A DNA stretch of 24,000 nt from Priestia megaterium (GTDB taxonomy: Bacteria; Bacillota; Bacilli; Bacillales; Bacillaceae_H), in assembly GCF_015582655.1 (NCBI RefSeq), contig NZ_CP058255.1; one strand, written 5' to 3'. A program made the translations under genes and the position numbers. This document shows positions 9,067 through 17,498 of the stretch, piece by piece; positions within the stretch are counted from its first letter, which is position 1, and each line of letters opens with the position of its first letter. The notes under the pieces are model-generated. The model did no database searches, was not told where the DNA came from, and saw only the letters and a program-made list of their open reading frames with translations.

Positions 9067-9801
9067 TTATTCTCTGTCTGTAGGAGCGGACAGCTGATCT
9101 TTATACTCATCTACATAGAGCATGCCGTTTGTTGACACAACTGCATACAGCACTTGGTTCAACTGAAGCTGGCGATTTGAAAGCTCAAGGTTGATTCACT
9201 GTTCGGTATATTGAGATGTTAAATTTTTATGAATAATTTCTCCGTCCATGATGAGTTCTACCGGTAAATTCATTTCTTTAAACGGCTTAGACAAAACGTC
9301 CTGTTTGGCAATGTTTTGATAAGCAGTTTTCTTTAACACCGACAGTTTTCCGCTTACTTCTAAAACAGCAAATTCTACTTAAGCAATGTTGAACGTTCCT
9401 AGTTCTCGTAAATGCTGATTCAAGTCGTCAATAGAATATTTGACTTTTTTCATATTTGCTTCAAGAAGCTTTCCTTTTTCCATAATAACCGTCGGGCGTC
9501 CTGTAATCCATTTTCGCAAGCGCCTGCTTTTTAGAGCTGTTGATGCTAAAAGAAAATGAATGGCCACAAGAAAAGCAAAAGAAGCGAACATCGGCAGAAA
9601 TTTTAATTTTAAATCAAATCCCATATTTGCGATGAACGACCCAATGATGATGGACATCGCAAATGTAAAATGATTATTATGCGTGTTAATTTGTTTTCCA
9701 ATCAGGAAAGTTGTAATGCTTAAGATAAGGAAAGAAACAAAGGTTCTAAGAAGGGACATGAGAATGTCTTCCATAGGTTGTGATGTCACCTGCTTTCTCA
9801 T
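9067..9801 (-). pseudogene. DUF421 (YetF-family) membrane protein gene with two in-frame nonsense codons
   Basis: A single frame spans the whole interval. The N-terminal TM part (9382-9801) ends at TAA 9379-9381 (..GTFNIA*VEFAVLEVSGKLSVLKK..). A second stop, TGA 9196-9198, sits where the family usually has Trp (..YTEQ*INLELSNRQL..). The frame then continues to the natural TAA at 9067-9069. Confidence 0.75.
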
Positions 9802-9970
9802 AAATAGAAAGAGTATCTATCTCTATAGCGTTATCCATTTAAAGGATCGTTATACAAGAAAAAACACCAAGAAGAAATGCGGATAATGCGTTCACATTCG
9901 GCTACTTAAAAAGGGGCGGAAAGGCTGTAGGTAAGGGACCAAAGCAAACAAAAAGAATGTGCAAATTCCT

Positions 9971-9999
9971 TTGAAATTTTTTGGGGGATTTGTTACAAT
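9971..9999 (+). promoter_or_regulatory. SigA-type promoter of the cold-shock gene, with a roughly 110-nt leader
   Basis: TTGAAA (9971-9976), a 17-nt spacer, then TACAAT (9994-9999). Long 5' UTRs are typical of csp genes. Confidence 0.55.
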
Positions 10000-10071
10000 A
10001 AAAGTGCTTATTTTTGTTCGGTAAGGATAGTTCGAAGTGTTCGTCTTGACTTATTGTAAGAGCAGGAATAG

Positions 10072-10314
<243 letters not shown>

Positions 10315-10382
10315 TTTTTTTTATAAAGTTTAAGCCGATCAGCAGAACGTTTCTCTGGTCGTTCGTTAAACTAAACTGGGAG

Positions 10383-10414
10383 AAGGCCCCTTTTATAAAA
10401 GGGGTCTTTTCTTG
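10383..10414 (+). terminator. Intrinsic terminator after the csp gene
   Basis: GCCCCTTTTATAAAAGGGGTC hairpin followed by a T-rich tail. Confidence 0.7.
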
Positions 10415-10556
10415 TTCGCTTTTTACACCTTGTTGACGATTTCTTTGATTTTGTAGAAGTATTCAAATATGAAAAAAACTAGTCACGCAGTATAAAAAAA
10501 GCGTATAATGAAATGATGAAAATAGGAATTGTAGAGCAGAAAGGATTTTAAAACGT

Positions 10557-12134
10557 ATGAACAACCAACTTCAAGAAACGATGGTCGATTCACGTCGTAC
10601 ATTCGCCATTATTTCTCACCCGGATGCCGGGAAAACAACGTTAACAGAAAAAATGCTGTTACTGGGCGGAATGATTCGTTCAGCCGGAACGGTTAAAGGA
10701 AAAAAATCAGGCAAGTTTGCTACATCTGACTGGATGGAAATCGAAAAACAACGTGGAATTTCGGTTACATCAAGTGTTATGCAGTTTGAGTATAAAGATC
10801 ACTTTATTAACATCTTGGATACACCAGGACACGAAGACTTCAGTGAGGATACGTATCGTACCCTAACGGCTGTAGACAGTGCGGTCATGGTTATTGACGG
10901 AACAAAAGGAATTGAAGCACAAACGCTTAAACTTTTTAAAGTTTGTCGTATGCGCGGTATTCCTATTCTAACATTTATCAATAAATTAGACCGTGAAGGA
11001 AAAGAGCCGCTTGAGCTGCTTGAAGAAATTGAAGATGTACTCGGTATTGAATCATACCCCGTAACGTGGCCAATTGGCATGGGGAAACGATTCCAAGGAA
11101 CGTATGACCGCTTTTCAAAACAAATTGAGGTATACCAAGGAAACAAAGAGTCATATTTTGCAGACTTTGACGGTGAAAATATCGACGATGAAATTAAAAA
11201 ACACGTCGATGAAATGTATTTACCAGGCTTAGTGGATGATTTATCTCTATTAGACGAAGCAGGTAATGATTTTTCAATTGAAAAAGTAAAGCAAGGCCTA
11301 TTAACACCTGTTTTCTTCGGAAGTGCGATTGCAAACTTTGGTGTACAGTCTTTCTTTAATTCATTTTTACAATTAACATCACCGCCGCAGCCTCGTGAAT
11401 CAACGAATGGCACCGTTCAGCCTACGGATGAAAACTTCTCAGGTTTCATCTTTAAAATTCAAGCGAACATGAACCCAGCTCACCGCGACCGCATTGCGTT
11501 CGTACGCGTATGTTCAGGGAAATTCGAGCGTGGAATGAACGTGACGTTAGCAAGAACGAACCGTAAAATGAAGCTAGCGCAGTCTCATCAGTTCTTGGCA
11601 TCAAGCCGTGAAACAGTAGACACAGCGTATCCAGGGGATATCATTGGCTTGTATGACTCGGGTACGTATCAGATTGGCGATACCATTGTAGGAGAGGGAA
11701 AAGTATTCGAATTTGATGCTCTTCCAAAGTTCCCGCCTGAACTGTTTGTAAAAGTTCGTGCGAAAAATGCAATGAAATCTAAGCACTTTGAAAAAGGGAT
11801 TAATCAGCTTGTACAAGAAGGAGCCGTACAGCTTTACCGTACGCCGTTCTTTGGAGATTATATTTTAGGAGCAGTCGGTGAACTTCAGTTCCAAGTGTTT
11901 GAACACCGTATGAAAGGTGAGTACAATGTCGATCTTGAATTCACGCGCATGTCTCATAACATTGCAAAATGGGTAGACAAATCAACAATTGAAGATCGCA
12001 TGCTAGATTCTCGCGTGATGCTAGTAGAAGATCGTGATAAACATGCCGTTCTTATGTTTGAAAACGATTTTGTATGGCGTTTGTTCCAGGACAAATATCC
12101 ATCTGTTAAATTCCTAGACCCGTTTAATCTATAA
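10557..12134 (+). CDS. prfC: Peptide chain release factor 3 (translational GTPase)
   Basis: The protein has G1 [17 protein letters not shown] and NKLD motifs. Its RF3-type N-terminus ([20 protein letters not shown]) and 525-aa length fit the family. Confidence 0.92.
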   Translation: MNNQLQETMVDSRRTFAIISHPDAGKTTLTEKMLLLGGMIRSAGTVKGKKSGKFATSDWMEIEKQRGISVTSSVMQFEYKDHFINILDTPGHEDFSEDTYRTLTAVDSAVMVIDGTKGIEAQTLKLFKVCRMRGIPILTFINKLDREGKEPLELLEEIEDVLGIESYPVTWPIGMGKRFQGTYDRFSKQIEVYQGNKESYFADFDGENIDDEIKKHVDEMYLPGLVDDLSLLDEAGNDFSIEKVKQGLLTPVFFGSAIANFGVQSFFNSFLQLTSPPQPRESTNGTVQPTDENFSGFIFKIQANMNPAHRDRIAFVRVCSGKFERGMNVTLARTNRKMKLAQSHQFLASSRETVDTAYPGDIIGLYDSGTYQIGDTIVGEGKVFEFDALPKFPPELFVKVRAKNAMKSKHFEKGINQLVQEGAVQLYRTPFFGDYILGAVGELQFQVFEHRMKGEYNVDLEFTRMSHNIAKWVDKSTIEDRMLDSRVMLVEDRDKHAVLMFENDFVWRLFQDKYPSVKFLDPFNL

Positions 12135-12142
12135 AAGAGTAT

Positions 12143-12198
12143 AAAAAAAAGGAAAACGATACATACTACTTTCATAAGTAGACAGTCGATTTTCCTCC
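12143..12198 (-). terminator. Intrinsic terminator (minus strand) for the TetR-SMR operon
   Basis: Nested imperfect hairpin AGGAAAACGA...CTACTT/AAGTAG...TCGATTTTCCT. An A8 run on the plus strand gives a U8 tail on the minus strand. Confidence 0.6.
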
Positions 12199-12205
12199 TT
12201 TGCTT

Positions 12206-12235
12206 AAGAGTCAGTATTTACTGGCTCTTTTTTTA
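12206..12235 (+). terminator. Intrinsic terminator of prfC
   Basis: Stem AAGAGTCAGT/ACTGGCTCTT with one G-U pair, then T7. The T-run contains the stop codon of the convergent SMR gene. Confidence 0.75.
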
Positions 12236-12559
12236 GTGAGCCGCTGATTTTAAATTTAAAAGAATGACTCCTGCAATGATTAATACGATGCCAAATACCA
12301 TCGTGAGACTGCCGCTTTCTTTCCAAATAACTACGCCAATCACAGCTGTCACAGCAGTTCCTACACCAGACCAAATGGCATACGCAACGCTGAGTGGAAT
12401 GTGCTGAAGCGATGTGGAGAGCGCATAGAAAGCAAGACCAAACCCTAATAAAACACCAAGACTAGGCCAAAATTTTGTAAATCCGTTTGATGCTTTTAAC
12501 ATAGATGTACCAAATAACTCTGAACTAATAGCAATCGCTAAAAATAAATAGGCTTTCAT
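12233..12559 (-). CDS. SMR-family multidrug efflux transporter (EmrE/QacE-like, 108 aa)
   Basis: The product has four TM helices and the conserved membrane Glu in AISSELFGTS. Its ATG overlaps the TetR stop (ATGA). The longer ORF-track start at 12655 lies inside the TetR gene. Confidence 0.85.
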   Translation of the reverse strand: MKAYLFLAIAISSELFGTSMLKASNGFTKFWPSLGVLLGFGLAFYALSTSLQHIPLSVAYAIWSGVGTAVTAVIGVVIWKESGSLTMVFGIVLIIAGVILLNLKSAAH

Positions 12560-13089
12560 CGAAAACCCTCCTCTGTTAATTTCCGAAGTTGTTGTTGAAT
12601 CTGTTTTTGCATGTCTGGATCCACGGGTGCGAGCCCAAACATTTGACTGAACCATAATCCGTCAGCTGCTAGGCGCACAATGGTAGCAAGCACGGGATCA
12701 ATGTCGTCTTGTTCAATGTGCTGCTGCCACTTTTCGTATTGCTTTTGAAAGTGCTGCAGGAGTTCAGGATTGGTTGCAATACCTGCAAGTAACCCAGCGC
12801 TCATCACTTGTTCACGCTGAAGGTCATGAAGCGTCTCAGCGAGATAAGCCCGGCTCCATTTGCCAGGAGAATTGTCATGTTCAACTTGTACGTTTAGTCC
12901 GTCATCATATTTCTTTGTGACTGAATACAGCATTTGCTTAATCAATTCATCTTTTGAAGAGAAGTGATACAACAAACCGCCTTTACTGACGCCGGCTTCT
13001 TTTGCTACTTTTTCAAGCGTCAAATTTCCAACGCCGTCACGCTGTACAACCTGCGTAGCTGCAAGCAATATATCATCAAATGTAGACAC
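12556..13089 (-). CDS. TetR/AcrR-family transcriptional repressor
   Basis: N-terminal HTH region LTLEKVAKEAGVSKGGLLYHFSSKDEL. GTG start lies after AAAAAGGAGGAAATTC. The gene is translationally coupled to the SMR pump gene. Confidence 0.88.
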   Translation of the reverse strand: MSTFDDILLAATQVVQRDGVGNLTLEKVAKEAGVSKGGLLYHFSSKDELIKQMLYSVTKKYDDGLNVQVEHDNSPGKWSRAYLAETLHDLQREQVMSAGLLAGIATNPELLQHFQKQYEKWQQHIEQDDIDPVLATIVRLAADGLWFSQMFGLAPVDPDMQKQIQQQLRKLTEEGFR

Positions 13090-13122
13090 ACGAATTTCCT
13101 CCTTTTTGATTTTCCCTAGAAT

Positions 13123-13152
13123 ACTTTACCGTCTGGACGGTTTGTTTGGCAA
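13123..13152 (-). promoter_or_regulatory. Candidate promoter with an embedded TetR operator dyad
   Basis: Read on the minus strand: TTGCCA (13147-13152), 18 nt, TAAAGT (13123-13128). The inverted repeat ACCGTC-TG-GACGGT (13128-13141) lies in the spacer, the usual layout for autoregulated TetR operators. Confidence 0.4.
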
Positions 13153-13317
13153 TACTTTTATTTCGAATTTCAAAAAAAATTTTTGTGCACACTAAAATAT
13201 AAAGTATAAAAACAAAAATAAAAGAGTAAACAAAGGGTTAATACCTTTACTATATGAAGAAAAAGAAAAAATAAAGCCTGGGTATATGAAAGATAAAAGA
13301 AAGGTGTGAAGAAACGG

Positions 13318-13893
13318 ATGAGGGATGTGTATCAAAGTTTTCAAGAACTATCACAGTGTGAACGAGCGGGAATTGATTACGAAATAGAATGTGTCATTCG
13401 CCGGAGAGAAATTGTCGTGCTTGCTATTCACGGAGGAACGATGGAAATTGGGACAGAAGAAGTAGCAGAAAAAATAGCAGAAAAGCTGAACGCAACGGTG
13501 TACGTATTTAAAACGCTGAAAACAGAAAATCCGTTTGAATTGCATGTTACGTCTGCAAACTACGATGAAGAAATGGCGCGTCACCTCGTTAAAAAATCAG
13601 AGATCACCATTTCTCTTCACGGCGCCTATAGCGATGTATGCACAACTTATATCGGAGGAAGAGACGAAGAGTTAGAAAAAGCGGTGCGTCAAGCGCTTTC
13701 GAATTTTCCGATCAGTGAAACGCCCGTCCATTTAAAAGGCGTTTCACCTCGAAATATCGCCAATAGCAATCAGCGGCATAAAGGACTGCAGCTTGAAATA
13801 ACCACTCCGCAGTATGAACAATTATTACAGAATAATCAGCTGTTTAACGAGTATGTGAATGCGGTAGTATCGGCTGTGAACTCAGTGATGTAA
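13318..13893 (+). CDS. Poly-gamma-glutamate hydrolase family protein (PghP/YjqB-like, UPF0714)
   Basis: GIDYEIE..VLAIHGGTMEIGTEE..LHVTS..ISLHG..YIGGRDEEL..KGLQLEI follows the YjqB/PghP pattern. The ATG at 13318 lies 9 nt after GAAAGGTG; the GTG at 13306 is an alternative. Confidence 0.75.
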   Translation: MRDVYQSFQELSQCERAGIDYEIECVIRRREIVVLAIHGGTMEIGTEEVAEKIAEKLNATVYVFKTLKTENPFELHVTSANYDEEMARHLVKKSEITISLHGAYSDVCTTYIGGRDEELEKAVRQALSNFPISETPVHLKGVSPRNIANSNQRHKGLQLEITTPQYEQLLQNNQLFNEYVNAVVSAVNSVM

Positions 13894-14398
13894 AGATAAA
13901 TTCAACAGCTTCCTGCACGTTGGCTGCAATAAAGGCTGCTTGCACGTCAGCCCATTTTTCCCGTGCATGTAACGTGTCGTGCCCAGCACCTGTTAACACT
14001 AAAATACATTGAGCCCCTGCTGTATGGGCCGCTACGAGGTCTTTCCACCGGTCGCCAATCACGATGCAGTTAGCCAAATTTAAGCTGTGCTCCTCGGCTG
14101 CTCTTAACAGCATGCCGGGGTTTGGTTTGCGGCATGAACAGGCGTCCGAATCTTCATGAGGACAAAGGTAAACATCATCAAATCCAAAAGCTAAAAGCTC
14201 AGAGATAAACTGTGATTTCTTTACCTTTCCTTTTGCAATATCGGGCTGATTCGTAAAGGAAAACAGCGGAATGTTTTGTTTCTTTATGTCGATAATCGCT
14301 TGCTTTGCGTGGGGGAACAGCTGAAAATCACCTGGATATTGTATTTCATTACTGCCTCCAATCGTTCCGTCTCGGTCTAAAAATATTGCTTCAATCAT
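13844..14398 (-). CDS. HAD-IIIA family phosphatase (GmhB-like)
   Basis: Motif I FLDRDGT, FTNQ, CxC..RKPNPGM and GDRWKD are present. The ATG at 14398 follows AAGAGGTGA. The 3' end overlaps the convergent PghP-like gene by 50 nt. Confidence 0.8.
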   Translation of the reverse strand: MIEAIFLDRDGTIGGSNEIQYPGDFQLFPHAKQAIIDIKKQNIPLFSFTNQPDIAKGKVKKSQFISELLAFGFDDVYLCPHEDSDACSCRKPNPGMLLRAAEEHSLNLANCIVIGDRWKDLVAAHTAGAQCILVLTGAGHDTLHAREKWADVQAAFIAANVQEAVEFIFTSLSSQPILPHSHTR

Positions 14399-14546
14399 AT
14401 TCTTCACCTCTTTTTCTATCATAATATAAAACAGGATTAATTTGGTAAAAACTTTGTTTTTTGAAAAAAATCAAAGAAATATGACTGTCTTTTTACTTCT
14501 CATCATATGGATAAGTTAAATAGAAGTGGTGAGGAGGGGAAGACAA

Positions 14547-15869
14547 GTGAACGAAGAATCGTTTTATTCACCATTTATAAGCGAAGACGGAAAGAAAAAA
14601 ACAATTGGAGAAATTGAGTTTTCAGATGTGCAGCGCATGATGGAAAAACATTTAGAAGAAGGCTATCAGCTTGAGTTCAAGCGCGAAGTAAGCTCAACGG
14701 TCAAACGAAAAATCCCAAATATCATCGCTTCGTTTGCCAATGAAAAAGGAGGGTGGCTTATTTTTGGCGTAGATGAAGACGACCATTCCATTAACCTGCT
14801 CGAGCGCAAGGAATATGAGCTGTTTATTAATAATATGCTTAAAGATGTCACCAATCCCATTCCTCGTATTGTTACGCGTTTTTTATCACCTGAAGATCAC
14901 CCCGAGCAAGGTGTTTTTGTTATTTGGATTCCCGAAGGTCCGAACCCTCCGTACATGTCTTACGGGAAGATTTACAGAAGAATTGGAAGCGGCACATCTC
15001 CCGTTACGGAAATCGATGACCGCTATCATTTAGATCGACTCTATCAAAAATCCGAGGATCAAACGCAGCGAATAGAGGACTTTTGCACAAAAGAACTGTC
15101 TATCTATAACAGAAAATGGCCGATGCACGGAAAAAGCTATATTCATTACGGGATGTGTAATATGTACGTGCTGCCACTATATGATTTGCATTTAGTTGAA
15201 CAAATGGAAGAAGAACGGTTAAAGCAATATATTTTAAGCAAGTCTAGCGAACCCAAACACTATCGTTTGGACGAGGAAAGTACGGTAATGCTGCATACAC
15301 CGTTTGTTAAAGCCTCTTATTCAGCGGAATCCATCATTTTTCGAAGCACAGATGTGATTGATGCGTATGATAAAACAATTGCGTGGGAGCAGTTTTATAA
15401 CGGATCAGCTAAGTTTCATATTCCTATTCCGTACATGGAAGAATCAAAACCAATTCATAACGTATTAAAGTCAAGTATTTCAAGCTACATCGATGAGACG
15501 ATTTTTGAGCAGTTTCAATATATAAACGGACCCTTTTTTCTCACATCTTTAATCAGCTGCATCGGCGGATACATTGATTGTATGATGGAATTAAAAGCAG
15601 AGCTGGAAGATATGATTATTGTGATTGACTTAGAGAACGTTCGAAACGATGTGCTGTACTTTCCGCATGAGCAGTTTCAAACATTTCTAGAAGAAGAAGG
15701 GCTCGTCTTTTCAGATAAAAAGCAATATCGATTTAATCGATCATTTAAAACAACAAAATTAGGAGGGAATCTGGAGCTTCTTGCCTACGTTGATTATATC
15801 GTGACAGCGTTTGGCCTTTCAAAAAACCAGTCCATTGACTTTCTTAAACACTCATTAAACCAAGGATAA
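14547..15869 (+). CDS. AlbA_2 (Schlafen-like, putative nucleic-acid-binding) domain protein with an uncharacterised C-terminal half
   Basis: EGYQLEFKREVSS..IASFANEKGGWLIFGVDEDD matches the AlbA_2 (PF04326) core as I recall it. GTG at 14547 lies 7 nt after GAGGAGGGG. I see no Walker motif or HTH in the C-terminal ~280 aa. Confidence 0.6.
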   Translation: MNEESFYSPFISEDGKKKTIGEIEFSDVQRMMEKHLEEGYQLEFKREVSSTVKRKIPNIIASFANEKGGWLIFGVDEDDHSINLLERKEYELFINNMLKDVTNPIPRIVTRFLSPEDHPEQGVFVIWIPEGPNPPYMSYGKIYRRIGSGTSPVTEIDDRYHLDRLYQKSEDQTQRIEDFCTKELSIYNRKWPMHGKSYIHYGMCNMYVLPLYDLHLVEQMEEERLKQYILSKSSEPKHYRLDEESTVMLHTPFVKASYSAESIIFRSTDVIDAYDKTIAWEQFYNGSAKFHIPIPYMEESKPIHNVLKSSISSYIDETIFEQFQYINGPFFLTSLISCIGGYIDCMMELKAELEDMIIVIDLENVRNDVLYFPHEQFQTFLEEEGLVFSDKKQYRFNRSFKTTKLGGNLELLAYVDYIVTAFGLSKNQSIDFLKHSLNQG

Positions 15870-16027
15870 AATATACAATTTTTTGACAATAACTAAAAAA
15901 ATGACAAAAGTGAAAAAAAGTATGATAATATCTTTCGTAAGTAATGAGCAAGTAAAGAAGAGAAAGGGGACTCTTCTTTTACGGATGCCGTTGCTAGGTA
16001 GGGTTAAACATAAGGGGAGAAAAGGCA

Positions 16028-16174
16028 ATGAAAAAAGCGACATCCATACTTCTAATTGTCCTAGCACTGGCTGGATTAGGAGGAGTATGCGCTGCTTATT
16101 ACCATCTGGAGCAGCAAAAGCAAACGGAAGAAATGACGTATGAACAGAAGTACATAACCGTAAGAAATGCATGA
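16028..16174 (+). CDS. Small single-pass membrane protein (48 aa)
   Basis: This ORF is below the ORF-track cutoff. AAGGGGAG lies 8 nt upstream of the ATG. Product is MKKATSILLIVLALAGLGGVCAAYYHLEQQKQTEEMTYEQKYITVRNA. The stop abuts a strong terminator. Confidence 0.5.
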   Translation: MKKATSILLIVLALAGLGGVCAAYYHLEQQKQTEEMTYEQKYITVRNA

Positions 16175-16202
16175 AAAAACCAGCCAATTGGCTGGTTTTT
16201 TT
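16175..16202. terminator. Bidirectional intrinsic terminator
   Basis: AAAAAACCAGCC-AATT-GGCTGGTTTTTTT lies between two convergent genes. Confidence 0.85.
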
Positions 16203-16212
16203 GGGTTTCAAG

Positions 16213-16656
16213 TCATAGTAAGTAAAATAAAGATTTTGCTTGTTCAGTTTTTTTAAATAACTCCAATGATGTATAGACGCAAAATAGAAAGCCAACGCTT
16301 GAAAAAACAAAAAACAAGCGGAGAAAAGGGCGTTTTTTTTGAATGCGAAAGTACGTAAAAACAACGAGTGAACATACAAGCAGTACGCTCATAGCAGCAA
16401 ATCGAATCGCGAGGTCTGCTAAATCATCAACCGTACGCTGAAACAATTTTAGCGTTTCATCGTTCAAATCAGTCTCAGGAATGTTCGTTTTGTCTTGCTG
16501 ATTTAACACCCCTACATCCCATTTTTCTCGACTATAATCATGAGAAACCGTGTAGTAAAACGGACCAAGCTTTTTTTCATCTGCACCGTCGTCAGCAAGT
16601 GCTGAAGCTGGGTGCATGAATGCTAGAACAAAAAATAAAAAGCTCCACTTTCTCAT
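16213..16656 (-). CDS. Hypothetical secreted/membrane protein (signal peptide plus two C-terminal TM helices)
   Basis: The ATG at 16656 lies 8 nt after GAAAGAGG. The signal-like N-terminus is MRKWSFLFFVLAFMHPASALA. I recognise no family. Confidence 0.6.
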   Translation of the reverse strand: MRKWSFLFFVLAFMHPASALADDGADEKKLGPFYYTVSHDYSREKWDVGVLNQQDKTNIPETDLNDETLKLFQRTVDDLADLAIRFAAMSVLLVCSLVVFTYFRIQKKRPFLRLFFVFSSVGFLFCVYTSLELFKKTEQAKSLFYLL

Positions 16657-16774
16657 TACCAAAGCCTCTTTCTAACTCAGACTATCTCCCATTATAAACC
16701 AAAAATTTTTATGTTTCCATCATCCCTCTTTCCTATTTCCATTTCTATATATAAAGTGAAAGGGGGAATAAAAG

Positions 16775-16993
16775 ATGGCAGAAAAAATTCAGCATTCAAG
16801 CCAGCTTCGCTTAGTATTAGAACAAGGAATAAAAGAGGATGGAAAACCCGATTTAAAGACAAAATCCTATATGAACATTCAGCCTGGAAGTTCTGCAGAT
16901 GCACTCATTACAGCAAGCGAAACCATCGCCAGCCTGCAGTCGCTGCCGCTTGTTGAAATCAACGAAGTTGTCACGTTTTCACTTTTAAAATAA
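16775..16993 (+). CDS. DUF1659 domain-containing protein
   Basis: LRLVLEQGIKEDGKPDLKTKSYMNI....ASLQSLPL follows the DUF1659 pattern. AAGGGGGA RBS is present. The gene is the first of the conserved DUF1659-DUF2922-YvrJ trio. Confidence 0.7.
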   Translation: MAEKIQHSSQLRLVLEQGIKEDGKPDLKTKSYMNIQPGSSADALITASETIASLQSLPLVEINEVVTFSLLK

Positions 16994-17008
16994 GAAAAGA
17001 GGTAGAGT

Positions 17009-17221
17009 ATGAAAACTTTAACGATGCAGTTTTTAAATGAGTCACAAAAAGCAGTAAGCCTATCGATTGAATCACCAAAAGATACGTTAGACGCAGCAGC
17101 CATCACAGCAGCAATGAACGCACTGATTGCAAGCGATGTCTTTACTTCAAGCGGCGGAGCGCTCGTTGCCAGAAAAGGCGCCCAAATCGTCGAGCGAAAT
17201 GTAACCGAATTTACGATTTAA
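17009..17221 (+). CDS. DUF2922 domain-containing protein
   Basis: MKTLTMQFLNESQKAVSLSIESPK...DVFTSSGGALVARKGAQIVERNVTEF matches the DUF2922 pattern. RBS is AAGAGGTAGAG. Confidence 0.7.
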   Translation: MKTLTMQFLNESQKAVSLSIESPKDTLDAAAITAAMNALIASDVFTSSGGALVARKGAQIVERNVTEFTI

Positions 17222-17228
17222 AAATGAA

Positions 17229-17260
17229 AGTCCTTCCACTTCGGTGCGAAGGGCTTTTTT
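17229..17260 (+). terminator. Hairpin plus T6 between the DUF2922 gene and yvrJ (terminator or attenuator)
   Basis: Stem AGTCCTTC..CAC-TTCG-GTG..GAAGGGCT followed by TTTTTT. The yvrJ RBS starts immediately afterwards. Confidence 0.6.
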
Positions 17261-17276
17261 AAAAGGAGAGAGGAAG

Positions 17277-17414
17277 ATGACAGAGTGGTTTAAGCTTGTT
17301 TCAGACGTTGGTTTTCCAGTCGTGGTGACGCTTTATTTACTTCACCGAATCGAAGCCAAGCTTGATACAGTTGTGCTGTCCATTCAGCATTTAACCGATG
17401 AAGTAAAAAAGTGA
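17277..17414 (+). CDS. yvrJ: YvrJ family protein (45 aa)
   Basis: This ORF is below the ORF-track cutoff. AAAAGGAGAGAGG RBS is present. MTEWFKLVSDVGFPVVVTLYLLHRIEAKLDTVVLSIQHLTDEVKK matches the YvrJ family pattern (GFP..YLL.R.E.KL). Confidence 0.7.
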   Translation: MTEWFKLVSDVGFPVVVTLYLLHRIEAKLDTVVLSIQHLTDEVKK

Positions 17415-17448
17415 TTATGACAATTGTAAGGCGGTTGTCATGGAAAAG

Positions 17449-17494
17449 TTGACGTATTTGACACCTCACACTACAATTAGTAGTGTGAGGTGTC
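17449..17494 (+). promoter_or_regulatory. SigA-type promoter overlapped by a 15-bp perfect inverted repeat (candidate BlaI-family operator)
   Basis: TTGACG (17449-17454), 17 nt, TACAAT (17472-17477). The arms are GACACCTCACACTAC (17460-17474) and GTAGTGTGAGGTGTC (17480-17494), separated by AATTA. The dyad covers the -10 and the SD GAGGTG. Confidence 0.6.
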
Positions 17495-17498
17495 GAAT

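Noticed and set aside
10799-11413. Long antisense ORFs inside well-supported genes (also 720-1001, 4699-4956, 5078-5338, 5186-5512, 5845-6063, 6269-6568, 6300-6539, 11601-11816, 11954-12175, 13351-13584, 14666-14860, 14773-15033, 17921-18233, 19010-19255, 21354-21590, 22294-22937)
   Set aside because: These are shadow frames of genes with clear family motifs. They lack RBSs and have Ser/Arg/Cys-rich or otherwise atypical composition.
15855-16379. 174-aa minus-strand ORF, and the 86-aa plus-strand ORF at 15883-16143
   Set aside because: The product is Phe/Leu-rich and low in complexity. The ORF crosses a bidirectional terminator and overlaps two better-supported genes (16028-16174 on the plus strand, 16213-16656 on the minus strand). 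It has no RBS.
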